64,000 nt of DNA from Chiloscyllium plagiosum (GCF_004010195.1 NC_057718.1:38901263-38965262); one strand, 5' to 3'; shown: positions 1-11,847, numbered from the stretch's first letter. Notes: generated by a model from the sequence alone, not told the origin. A program made the numbers and translations.

Positions 1-1371
1 ATCTGTCTCAACAAGAAGTTGTGGTATATTTTACTTAGATGGCAGCAATGGTGACAGTACGTGGGCACTAAAAGCTAATTGTGACATCTAGTCAGTGGCA
101 GTAAGTGGATGCTAAAAGCTAAAAAGGTGGTGGCAGTGTTGCAGTTGTGAAAAGTTTTATTCCTAATAGTCATCCATTAAATCTAACCAGATTCAGAACA
201 ATAGTGCAGCTATAGCCAAACCTAATGGCTATAAGTCTGTACTGGAGCACTCTATTTCAAAAAGCAGCAATATACATCACGCTCAGTACAACTGCAATTT
301 TTTTAAAAAGTGGCAGATTAAAAGGAAATTGCATGGACAGTTCATAGCTACAGAAAGCATTTCTGGAACACAAAACAGGAGAAAAAACCTGAAAATGCAG
401 TACCCTACATTAGAAATACTTACCTGTTTGCAATTGTTAGTTGATTCTGTCATCTTGCCTCTTGGATAAAGTGTGGAAATAAATCTGTTATCACCACTTT
501 TATGGTGAAACTGCCACCTACAGACAAAAACCTATTATTACAGGCCTGAAATTTTAAAAGTGCAGCAAGAAAGAAATAAACCATCTGCTATTTTTAAAAC
601 TGCAGCAACAAATAGAAAAATACTTTTAAAGCCATCAATAGGACATTTAAAAATGCTACACTTCTTTCATTCTGATACTTGAAAGATTTTGTTAGAACCC
701 ACACTAATTTTTCTCTATTTTTAATTTATTCTTTTATCAACCTGGTTTCGAGCTGTGAACCGTGAACTACGTTCTAAGTATTACTGCCTTTATCTGAATA
801 AATTTCAAAGGTGACCCTATTTGGTATCTTCAGAAAATTAACCAATAAAGCAGCCTCTATGATTGTGGAACAATGCATTGTGAAAACTATTTAAATAATC
901 TGGCCAGCTTTGTTATTTCCTTTTATTCATCCCTTAACTGTGTTTATTGGTCTATTTGTCTGTCTTGTGTATGAATGAGGCTGAAAACAGAAGTTATAGA
1001 CCAATTAGATGACTTTGTTGTTTAATTTTACTCTGCTAAAGTTATGATATTGTTAATAATTGCTAGGTCCTTTGTTTAAGACACAAACTGGTGTCTGGAA
1101 TTGATTATTTGCAGAGCCTGGGAATTGGTGATTCCAAAGTCTAGTTAGGAACCATTGGTGTCAATTTTGAGAGTTTTTTAAAAAAAGATTTTAACTTTAC
1201 TGTGTTGTGAATACAGAGATACAAAGGCTGATTTGATTCAGTAATTGATCTTCATGCCTTGTTTGGAACGAGGTTGGCATGGTGGATTGCATTGAATATG
1301 AGTTCCCACGTTGAGGTTGTTAACCTGGACCAATCAGGGCGTGCCGGCTGACAGATATAAACAGGAGTCTC

Positions 1372-2736
1372 CGTACTCGCGGGTTCGAGTGGCTGTCGGA
1401 GGGGAGGGCCGTGGCGGCGAGGGTGACCAGGGTCGGGGACATGCTGGGTGCCGGTGGCCTGGGCTGGACGCTGCCGCAGGACATAGCGAGCAGGGCAGCG
1501 GTAGACCTCCAGTACGTGGCCACCGCCATCCGACGCCTCAAAACGGCGGTGCTCGGACCTGACGTAGTGCACCAGTTGGAGGACGCTCAGGTGTGCGGTG
1601 GGATCCCGTCCGCGCTCACCCCAGCCCGGACGGAATTTCACATTGGCTCCAAGGTCCCGTACTTCCCGCGGGAGCCTGTGCCCCACAACCTGAGCCGCCT
1701 CCGAAATTTTAATTTTGCTTTGTTTAGGGATATAAAAAGAACCCTGTATAGACTGCTGCTGCACACCGTCCACCTCTTCTCCCTCATCCACCGTCCGGAC
1801 ACGCCTTGGCGTGCCCATTTGCCACCGGGCGGTGGGGATCCCCAGTGGAGGGCTCTCTACGCGGGAGTCCTCCCCCTTTCTCTCGGGGATCTGGGGTGGA
1901 GGGTGCTGCACGCAGCAGTCCCCTACAANNNNNNNNNNNNNNNNNNNNNNNNNNNNNNNNNNNNNNNNNNNNNNNNNNNNNNNNNNNNNNNNNNNNNNNN
2001 NNNNNNNNNNNNNNNNNNNNNNNNNNNNNNNNNNNNNNNNNNNNNNNNNNNNNNNNNNNNNNNNNNNNNNNNNNNNNNNNNNNNNNNNNNNAAAACAGGT
2101 GTGCTTGCCCTTTGATGTGAAGGGCAGTGTTTGTCACTGGCCACCCGGGTGTTTTCCTATCTTCCTGGTGGTGGAAATTGAATAAGGATTGGTGCACTTT
2201 GTGTCTTTCACTGTCTCACACCTGCACACACACACACCATGGGTGCTGGGGATAAAATAAGCACTACCGCACTTAGGTGGTGGTGTGGGGGTTAAAAAAA
2301 ATAAATAAATAAACAGGAGTCTCCCTTCGCTGTGAAGCGCACTGCTTGTCACTGGCCACTCGGGTGTTTCCTTTCTTCCTGGTGGTGGAAATTGAATAAA
2401 GATTCGTGCACTTTGTGTCTTTCACTGTGTCTCACACCTGCACACACACACACCATGGGTGCTGGGGATAAAATAAGCACTACCGCACTTAGGTGGTGGT
2501 GTGGGGGTTAAAAAAAAAAAATAAATAAACAGGAGTCTCCCTTCGCTGTGAAGCGCACTGCTTGTCACTGGCCACTAGGTTGTTTCCTTTCTTCCTGGTG
2601 GTGGAAATTTGAATAAAGATTTGTGCACCTTGTGTCTTTCACTGTGTCTCACACCTGCACACACACACCATGGGTGCTGGGGGAAAATATAAGCACTACA
2701 GCGGTTAGGCGGTAGTGTGGGGTTTTTTTAAAAAAA
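1372..2736 (+). mobile_element. 5'-truncated Tx1/L1-clade non-LTR retrotransposon (ORF2 C-terminus plus tandemly repeated 3' UTR), young
   Basis: Open frame 1411-1928 ends in WRALYAGVLPLSLGDLGWRVLHAAVP, resembling the zf-RVT region of Tx1/L1 ORF2. CpGs are retained. A-rich tail; flanking direct repeat AGGAGTCTC at 1363-1371 and 2737-2745. Contains an N-gap. Confidence 0.8.
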
Positions 2737-2745
2737 AGGAGTCTC
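2092..2745 (+). repeat. Three tandem ~216-bp units forming the LINE 3' region
   Basis: ttgtcactggccac...cttcctggtggtggaaattgaataa...cacacaccatgggtgctgggga...A-run occurs three times. The junction motif at 2309 and 2525 gives a period of 216. Confidence 0.95.
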
Positions 2746-2949
2746 AAGGATTCTCCTCATTCTCTAGGGACAGACTCTGAGACAGTCCATGTACTATGCA
2801 CGTGTAAACAAAGGGTGACTTGGTGATGGGATACCAACCTCCATGGAATTATTTCAATGTTCTATCAATTTTAGATTCTGATATTTTAATGAGCATAAAA
2901 CATTCAATAAAACTGAAAAGCAAACACATAACAATGGATTGGCATTCCA

Positions 2950-3400
2950 TTGACATTCTGACAGAACTTCAGCTATTTAGTCCTATGTGTAGTGCCTTAT
3001 TGATACTTTTTGGACATCCAAATATATTACATCTACCGGCTCCCTTTTATCTATTCTGCTTGTTATGTCCTCAAAGAATTCTATTAAGCTTATCAGGCAA
3101 GATTTCTTCTTTATAAAACCATGCTGACTCTGCTTGATTATTTTATGTATTTCTCAGTGCTTTGCTCTTACATCCTTTATAGTAGGCTCTAGTATTTTCC
3201 CAATGACAGATATTAAGCTAATGAGTAAGTTTTATTTGCCTTCCTCCCTTTTTGAGTAATGATGTTCAAATGACATTGTTTACAATCTTGAAATGTTCCA
3301 CAGTCTAAGGATGTTTGGAAGATTACTGCCACTGCCTCCACTATCTCTGTAGTTATTTCCTTTAATATCCTGGTATGCAACCTATTAGATCCGGGGGACT
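2950..3400 (-). mobile_element. Old CR1 LINE ORF2 fragment
   Basis: Resembles the CR1 RT-upstream region seen at 33000-33350 (ccatgctgact, gattactgcc..ccactatctct). Heavily decayed. Confidence 0.6.
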
Positions 3401-3531
3401 ATCTGTATGTAAAATACAGTAACATATATAAGCACAGAACCTAGACTATGTAAGTCTATGATATTGTAGCCGTTGAAAGCGATAGCAATGTAAATTAATT
3501 TCAAGATATTTATCTGAAAAATTACTTGAGT

Positions 3532-5568
3532 TGAAATAATTCCACATAGGCTGGTATTCTGTCATCAAGTCACCCTTTACTTACACATGCATTGTATTGG
3601 ACACTGATCCAGCTTCCTCAGAACCAGCTCTCAAACTGACCAGAATCTCTGACATTCCTGTCTATATCTGTCAGCCAGGACTCCCTCGTAGGACCAGGTT
3701 AAAAGCCCCAATCAGGGAACTCATATTCAATAATAGCTACCTAGCTGACCTTGTAATAATCACTACATCCCTCCCGCTCTAAGTCCGGGGATGCAGTGCT
3801 GTTCTTTTTCTTGTTGCCTCTCCTGGACCGTTTTCACACCGGGTCCAGTTCAACCACCTCAGCCTCGAATACAGGTGGTATATATAGCATCTTAGTGTAC
3901 GTTTTGAACCCAGAGTCGTTCGGAAGAAATTAATCCTTCACTTTAGGAGGTACAGGTGTCAAATCTGCGACATCTGTTATGTCCAACTCAGGCTCCGATT
4001 TTTCTTCAACACTGTATGGAGTGGAAGAATCCATGTGTTCTGACAGCCTTTTCGGCTGTTCTCAGGGGCCGGGTATGTTTTGATCCTGCCCCGTTTGTGA
4101 ATTTGCAGCTTTCATGTGGCTCATATGCTTGTTCAGGACTGTCTCACCTATCCCAAATATTATATGTTATGGGTCCTTACCTTGCATCAGCCATACCTCT
4201 TAACATGCATGGCCATTTTTGTGATTTTGGCACCAAACTTCGTCCTCTAAAGTAAACAGTTTCTTTTGCTTAGAGGAGTCCTGTGTCCGGCATTGGCGTT
4301 CCTGATGTTATTTCACCTTCCCCTCCAGGATCAGGAAGATGAGAGTTAATCTGTGTCTATTTTGATTGGTTCTGATTTGGATGTTGCTAAGCAATTTGAC
4401 TATTCCAAGACAGCTGTGGGTGTGCTTTCCAGGGTGTGCAGTTTCTAGAATACCAGCCTATGAGTTCTCTTATTTAATTCCAACCTAGTGGCACTCTTTT
4501 GCTGTCTCAAGTCTGCAAACCACCAGCAACTACAATGGCTTGCAGGTCCGGATACTGAAGAAAATGTTAACCGATTGGTCAAGGCTTGGCTTTGTTTTGG
4601 AGGTTTGTTGTAGGCTGATCTGGAGTCCCTCTGTTCAGAATGTGTCTTGAGTGAGGTTATGCAATTGCCTTTACTCAAGTGATGTTCTCCAAGCTCAGTC
4701 GGACTGGTGAGAGTGTTCGCTACCATTGGATTACCCTGCAACTCACATGCTAGATGTATCGCATTTTTTAATGGCAAAGCCAGTTGTACAGCCTGTGTGA
4801 AGTCCAGTTGGGCTTCAATTAGGTGCTTTTGCATGGTTACCTCATTAATCCCACATACCAAATGGTCTCACAGAATTTCATTAAGATGACTTAAACCGAA
4901 GTCACATGCCACTGCCAGGCATCTTAACATTGTCCAAAATCCCAACATAGATTCCCCTGGTTCTCGAACTGCCAAGTAGAACAGATATCAGAATTAGAGG
5001 AGACCTGGGGTCATATTATTCCTTAACTAAATCCATCAACTCTTAAAGGTTTTAGTACCCACTGCCTCGGGAAACATTATCTCTTAACAATGAAAAAGCT
5101 GTGGGTCCACAAGCTGATAGGAGAATTACTCATTGTCTTTCATCTTCCCAAATGTCATTTGCATGGATAGAAGTAACATATTCTTTCCACATACTGGGCC
5201 CAGTCTTCAACGGTAAGATCGACTGAGTCAAGCTTCCCAAATAACGGCATGATGCCAGAAATGTTTACCCCAACTCAAAGACGCTTGTTGCGAGTGAATT
5301 TCTTAAGGAACACTTTTTTTCTCTTTAATCATCACTAAAGTAACTCCACAGAGGCCAGTATCCTGTCGCCAAGATACCCTCGATTCACATATACAAACTG
5401 TACACTATTCTGGCTTTCTCAGAGCCAGCTCTCAGAGTGAACTGAACCTCTGACACTCCTGTTTATATCTGTCAGCCAGGGCTCCCAGCTTGAACCAAGT
5501 TAGCAGCTCCAATCAGGGCACTCATACTGCATGTGGTAAATTTGGCTGACTTGGTTACAATCACTACA
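3532..5568 (-). mobile_element. Internally deleted Gypsy LTR retrotransposon: two ~235-bp LTRs (5336-5568, 3532-3767), decayed gag, integrase 3' remnant
   Basis: Direct LTRs start TGTAGTGATT on the minus strand. Polypurine tract agagcgggaggga abuts the 3' LTR. gag begins at ATG 5250 (MPLFGKLDS..EDWAQYVER) and continues VCGINEVTMQKHLIEAQLDFTQAVQLAL. No RT seen. Confidence 0.88.
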
Positions 5569-6074
5569 TTAGCCTCTGTTACACCTGTCACACAAAGTGA
5601 CATTTAGAAAACCACAAACCACATTACCATTCGTCTGGGAATTCGTAAACTAGTCTTTAAATAATTAGAGTGAACGCCAGGGCCATTCATGCTGCTCCCT
5701 GTCTTAGTTGAGAATGTAAGAAAATTGAAGATTTTCGTCTCTTCAGACAGGACTACAAAGTGGCAAATTTAAAATGTCAGCTTCAACTGGTAATTAAATC
5801 ATTCTTTGACCCTCTGTAACTTCTTCGTGTCATGTTGTACTTTGCACATTCTTATTAACACCTTTCTGTGACCATGTAATAAAAACCCTGACCATTATGT
5901 GGAGTTAGAAAATTTGGGAATGGTGAAGCCCCCTCAGTCCAAACTTGCCTGATCTTTTCTTTCCATCCAGACACTCCTTATATTTAGCTGGAATGTCAAA
6001 ACTCTTGTCTTTATTAAAAAAAAACATCCGATTTTATCCTTCAGATATAGGAGTGTTGAACTCCTACAACTACA

Positions 6075-6445
6075 GGACACGACGCGAATATTTAACAAAG
6101 CTGCGGGTTAACAAACGGGACCTTTCCAGGAGCCGCGACCAGTTTCCCTCCGGTACTCATTCACCGCCGCAACCACCGGCTTGTAACGGTGCAGCCACGA
6201 TCGGCTTTCGGAGGGGAAACATCATCCGCCGGGAGCAGCGCGAGTGTTCGGCAGCTCGGGCGGGTCGCGGGTTAGTGCGGCTGCTGCAGCTCGGTATCAG
6301 ACGCTCATGTTTATTGTTGTTGTTGAAGCTGCTGTGCACCTTTGTGTTTTTGCAGCTGACTTTTCCCCTGTGTGTTTACAGAGCGATGCCGAGCGCCTGT
6401 CTGCCCTCCTGGGAGCTCAGTTTCTACCTCGCCATCACAGTCGGA
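6075..6445 (+). promoter_or_regulatory. CpG island: probable HHAT promoter and 5' UTR, with a candidate short first intron 6271-6381
   Basis: Dense CpGs in unique sequence within an otherwise CpG-poor window. Donor-like cgg|gttagt at 6271 and a strong acceptor 4 nt upstream of the ATG. Confidence 0.7.
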
Positions 6446-6488
6446 TTTCACTTTTACTCCTTCCATGAAGTGTACCAACTCTCCAGAA
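6386..6488 (+). CDS. HHAT: Hedgehog acyltransferase, first coding exon (MPSACLPSWELSFYLAITVGFHFYSFHEVYQLSR)
   Basis: ATG at 6386 follows a pyrimidine tract and acceptor tttacag (ends 6381). Translation matches the recalled vertebrate HHAT N-terminus (LPRWELALY...GFHFYSFYEVYKVSR). Donor gtaaga at 6489, phase 1. Confidence 0.95.
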
Positions 6489-8112
6489 GTAAGAGCGCTT
6501 CCTTCCCCTGCAACACTGGTAGCACCCCTCCCTGCACCTTCTGCGCTGCCTAGAAGTAACTTTTGTTTTTACAATAAATCCTTTTTTTTAAAAACATAAA
6601 TTCAAAACTAATATCTCAGAGAGTTGCCTGGAAAAGTGGACAGTTTCTGCCTTTTAAGCAGATGCACAGTGTATAGGATCAAAACGTTTTTGAGAGGGAG
6701 GGTGATTCATCAGTTATCTGAATGAAAGAGACACTCTATGGCTCTGGTGGTATCGGTGGAGAGAAGCAGAGTCTGAATTGCAACAGTCAGCCTGCTCGAT
6801 GGTGACCTGTCCACTTAAAAGCTGGCTACCCTGCAGACAGACTATCCAGTAACCCCACCATCTCTTGAAAATGGCAGGCAGGTTATGGTAGATGGTGAGC
6901 CGGACACTCATTAGATCTTCCGACTCAAATCTTTCTGCCAACAACTGCTTCTCCCTCCCATGTTTTCAAACTCTCGACCCGGGAATGTAACACATTGCCA
7001 AATATTTCAGGTCAGTGACTTCTGTCACCGAATGCTTCTGAAAGGATTAATGTTGGAGATTGCATTAGGCTGTAACCAGTCTGACTGTGTCACACAATTT
7101 TGGCAGTGAATTGAGGAGTTCAACTGTAGATCTTTCAAACATGAATTATCAATACTGCTAAGTAAGCAGCAGTCCATGTACTGTGACTAAGGATGTGAAA
7201 ATATCCATTTCAATGTGAAGACAGCCATAAAGAATGAATGAAGACCTTCAGCATACTTAAACAATTGAAATAAAGACTTGTTGGGCCTAATGGCCTGTTT
7301 CCACACTGTAGGGATTCTGTGTTTAAAAAAAAAAGATTATATTCAGGCTGACATTTTACCTGGCAGTGGAGAAAAACTAGAAGGTAACATTTCCTGACAC
7401 TCTCCTGGTGGCTATAACTTGCAGCTGGCACCTCCATGTTGGTTAACACCTTGGCACATTCCATGCGCAGTGACTTGCATCTTTAGTCTAAGGAGGTTGA
7501 CAACAGAAATGGACCAGTTGCACCATATTATGACACATTTATGGTTCACTTAGAAAATAGCTCAATTCGTCACTTTGGAATTTACCAGGCACCTGTTTCA
7601 TGCATTGGAAAATAGTACATCTCAGGCTTTTTGCTTACTGTCTTCGTGTTCACTCACTTTACACCTGCTTAGGTGTTCACAGCAGTGTGCATCTTGTCTT
7701 TTGTGCATTGCTGCATCATTCAGAGCTTACAGCCACACTGTACTTCTATTTTGCTTTGCAGTTTTGTGCAGTTACAAAGCCAAATAGCCTGTCATGTTTG
7801 CCACCAGTGATCAGTCAAGGGGTGGACACGTTGCTGTATGGTACCATATGATGCAAGTGTCACACTTGCAGCATATGCCACAACAAACGCACTGCATATG
7901 CTTTAACCAAGTGACCGTGTATGAACATCTAAGGGGAATAGCCCCTCAGTTGGGCCTAGGGTACAACACAGTATTTGATATATGGTCTCACCAATGCTCC
8001 ATATAACTGAAGCATGTTCAGTTCCTCTTGTAATACATGATGCGTTTCATTAGTCTTCTTAATTACTTGCATTTGCACACTAGCATGTACATGTACTCTT
8101 GAACACAAAGAT

Positions 8113-8328
8113 CAGGGATTTCTCAAAGTGGGGTTTGGGACCCAGTTGGGGTTGCATGCCAAAATTGTAGGGTCATGAAATCTGAGGTAGTAATACAATG
8201 GTAGATTGGACCAATTACAGCAGCCGTACCCTGCTCTAACAGACCCTCACTCTAACTGCGTTCATTGATGGGGTCATGATAATTTTCAACTTTCAAAAGT
8301 CTGAATAGGAAATGTTTGGGAAGCACCA
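8113..8328. mobile_element. hAT/Charlie-like MITE
   Basis: Ends cagggatttctcaaagtg ... gtttgggaagcacc resemble MER5/Charlie TIRs. Flanks acaaagat and ccctagat resemble a decayed 8-bp TSD. Confidence 0.55.
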
Positions 8329-8940
8329 CCCTAGATTCCCATGTACCTTGGAGTTTTACAGTTGTTTTCTGTTGTCATCAGCGTTAGTGTTAAGCGACAG
8401 TGTCCTGTCCTTGAGTGATTTAATATGCTCCATCACATTGAGTAACTAAACAGTGTAATTGTGTCAAGTACATGTCCCTGTTGGCGATTTGAAAACGTTG
8501 ACCCACCCCCCCCAATTCACTCAGGGGTTTCAAACAGATCAGTGAGCTTCTTGGAAAGCCGGCAAGCCATTTCTTTTACTTGTCGACAAATATTGTGAAT
8601 AATTGAAATCCAAAGCAAGAGCAAAATTGGCTGGAATAACTCAGTGAATCAGCCAGCATCTATGGAGAACAACAGAAAAACTGACTCAGTTTGTCTGATG
8701 AGCAACTATACGATAAGTATATTTGTTGGAGAAATTTCAATTCAATCACGACTGACTGTAGTGGTTATAAGAAAGACCTTTCTGAATTCCTTTTGTTGGC
8801 TGTTTAAGGGTGTGATATTTTGGCTATATTGCAACAATATATCTGTTTACTTGAAACTATGTGGAGTAAGATCACAAACTAATTAATGATTCAACTCTCA
8901 GTTTACCACCTGTTGATTTTATAATCAAATTAACATATTT

Positions 8941-9135
8941 AGATTAGATTCCCTACAGTGTGGAAACAGGCCTTTCAGCCCAACAAGTCCACACCGACCC
9001 TCGAAGGAGTAACCCATTTCCCTCTGACTGGTGCACCTAACACTATGGGCAATTTAGCGTGGCCCATTCACCTGACCTGCACATCTTTGGGTTGTAAGAG
9101 GAAACCAGAGCACCCGGAGGAAACCCACGCAGACA
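8941..9135 (-). mobile_element. Shark V-SINE (HE1-like), 3' part
   Basis: Reverse complement of the SINE body at 48476-48796, including the tccacactgtagggaatctaatct tail. Confidence 0.85.
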
Positions 9136-11387
9136 TTCTTATGTTAAGAAGAATAATGATGTTTGTATAGGTTGCTAAGAATATTTCTCACGTAGTAATA
9201 TTTATTTCTCAATTTATTGTTTTAAAAAAGTATTAAATTTGTAGACTGAGTCAGAGTGCACATTTTAACACCTTCCAAAGTTGAAATGCTGAAGTACAGT
9301 GGCAAGCTTCAGGCATTTGTTACATTTTCTTTGCTTTCAGCAGGTAATGGTACACTGGTTTGAAAGGAAGTGACATTCGCTATTAGGAGCAGTCTGTAAA
9401 CAAAAGGAGAAAATCTAATGTAAAAATATCACCTCAAAGACATTTGGCAATTCCCATCTGAGATAAAGATCTTAATAATATGTTGATGGACATAGATTCA
9501 GCTGAGGTGCTATGTGCAGGTAAATTGTATTGTATTACATTCTTACTAATCAGAGTGGTTTGATACCTGGGTGCATGACAAACATTGACTGAAGAAACTG
9601 AACAAGTAATTAATATTTATTAATTGTGTGATCATAATTGTATAACAATCCTGCAGAATGGGTATCAAGTTAAACAAGTCAATATTTTAAACAATATAAA
9701 ATGAAAGATACATGAGAGCCTATCTTTCTTAAATTCTGTTTTTTTCCTCGTATTACACTAGGCAGGGTTTTTTAAAAAATAATTTGTGTTAGGTTTTCTT
9801 GTAACAACGAATGCAAAATAGACATTTCACATGTACTGTTAAATGTAGAATTCTGGAATTTGAATCCGAGTTGGCATAGTCTTCCAGAAATCACATGATG
9901 CTAGTGTCTCTCCAAAATACCTGATATTGAAATTTGGAACATTGTGAAATTGGAATTTATTGTTACTAACCTTGGAAATCGCAATACAAAGCTAAATCGT
10001 ATTCATCCCAGTGTAAGTATAATCTCAATGATGTTAGAAGTTCTGCGTATTGTAGTACTACCCATCTGAATTGAAAATTAACATAGAGTTTTATTTTTCA
10101 GATTTTAATTAATGCTGAAATTTTTAAATAAAGGATCTGCCTCTTTTTAGTTTCTCTTAATCCATACTTTCTTCCTTCCCTTATTTTGCACTGCTCATTG
10201 AGCATTCTTCAGTTTATTTGGTTCGTTATTTGCCCTGTTCACAATGGTCTGTAAACAAGCGCAAAAGGAATGAATGTCTGCAAATCTATCCTGTTCTGAT
10301 CTGTTTTGATATTGGGAAAGTCAATTATTTTGTCAGGATAAATGTGTTGCTTGGTAGTTGTTACTTGCAAAATGTTGAGCGAATACTTGATAAAATTCGC
10401 CAGAATACAGGCATTTGAGCATATTTAATTCAGACGGATTGAAAGTGCTGCATGTAGTTTCAAACCATTTTTAAATTTAATCTCCTTTTGCGAATTCATA
10501 CAGATTGCATTCTACATATTTATATACCTTGGTGTACGAAATAAAATTCTTTTGCTAAATTTTGTTTTTAGATCCAACTCCATTTTCTCCATTACCCATA
10601 TTTTACCTACTGGAAAGTAGCCCCGAAATGAAGGAAAAATCAGTAATAATTGTATGATTTTAACTTTTATGACTGAGCAAAAGAGTAAGATGAATTCTTA
10701 CCCCTATGCTGTACTCCTTTTGGACATTTGATTTATTTATCAGCAGAATGGTTTTCTCTAGAATAAAATCTGTCTTTGACAGTAATAAATCTGAACAGTC
10801 ATCAGCAATTCCAATCACACACTTATGCATTCTGACTTTAATTTCCAGTGGTTACCTTTTTTTCCACCAAACTATCGAGATCAATAATGAAGCTATCTAG
10901 GAATTTCCCCCGGTGCTAAACTCTTCCACAAGCTCTTGTTCTTTCAGAAATGTTATTTGTTTTGGGTTGAAGTAAATGTCATAGACTTTCAGAACTTAAT
11001 CGAAAGTATCAGTTGTTTCTTCTACACTTTGGAGAGCAATTACATGATCAGCTAAATTCCCAACTGTATATGAAAGTGCTTTTACTTTTCTCGTTTCTAA
11101 TTTAGTATCTAATCTGGAAACGATTCTATATCTTAAAAATTATTTTCTAGAGGATGTTTAGTTCTATGTTCTATTTGATCCTTTCCAGAAATTAAAACTT
11201 CCTGGCCATGTAATTTCAGCAATCAGGTCTTCCTATTGTGATTTCCTTGATTCACAAATTTTGAATTTAGTATGGCACAGCTTTACCATTATCTTTTCCC
11301 ACATTTTTGTAGCTAAAATGGAGGATTCCTGCTTTTTTTTTCACAGCTTCTCTGGATGAATCCTACAAGTCATGGCCTGAATATATT

Positions 11388-11534
11388 GTAGGCAAAAATG
11401 AGGACTGCAGATGCTGGAGATTTAGAGTCGAGAGTGTGGTGCTGACAAAGCACAGCAGGTCAGGCAGCATCCGAGGAGCAGGAGAGTCGATGTCGAAAAG
11501 CCCTTCGTCAGGAATGGAGGGCTTTTGCCTGAAA
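11388..11534 (-). mobile_element. Penelope-like element terminal fragment with a 12-bp TSD
   Basis: CCTGAATATATT at 11376-11387 and 11535-11546. Body ctgcagatgctggag...caggcagcatccgaggagcagga is shared with the terminus of the RT-bearing element at 49.7 kb. Confidence 0.85.
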
Positions 11535-11847
11535 CCTGAATATATTATATCCTGTTTCCTTAATAGCTTTACCGAATGAATACTGACATTTGCTGCTTTC
11601 GTAACAATATCTGTTTCTTTTAACTGTTTATCTGAATGAATCATTCTCTGATGCCTTTAAAAAAGGAAACATTTTCTTTAATGGATTTTCCTCGATGATA
11701 CTTGCTGTCATCGGCTGTAGGTAATAATCCCTTATGTTTTCACTGCTTTTACCTGAATGAATCCTGGTGCATGTTGGTTTAAGTAAATGCGTACCACCTT
11801 TTCTGCAACCTCAGTAATCTAACTTTTTCTGTTAAACTTTGTCTGTG

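Larger units (their letters stand above)
1255..2856 (+). mobile_element. Solo Gypsy LTR (1255-1371 plus 2746-2856) split by a LINE insertion
   Basis: Both halves align by eye to the reverse complement of the LTRs at 3532-3767 and 5336-5568 (ctgacagatataaacagga..., aaagggtgacttggtga...ggaattatttca). TG...CA ends, CCAAT at 1330, TATAAA at 1356. Confidence 0.85.

Noticed and set aside
40..660. Scattered gtggcag and aaaa(gt)gcagcaa motifs suggesting a repeat array
   Set aside because: No consistent period or alignable unit could be established by eye.
1252..1911. 219-aa minus-strand ORF
   Set aside because: Antisense shadow of GC-rich LINE ORF2 running into LTR sequence.
2092..2745. CRISPR-like or RNA-gene array
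   Set aside because: Units are whole-length tandem copies with no unique spacers, in a vertebrate LINE tail with no cas genes.
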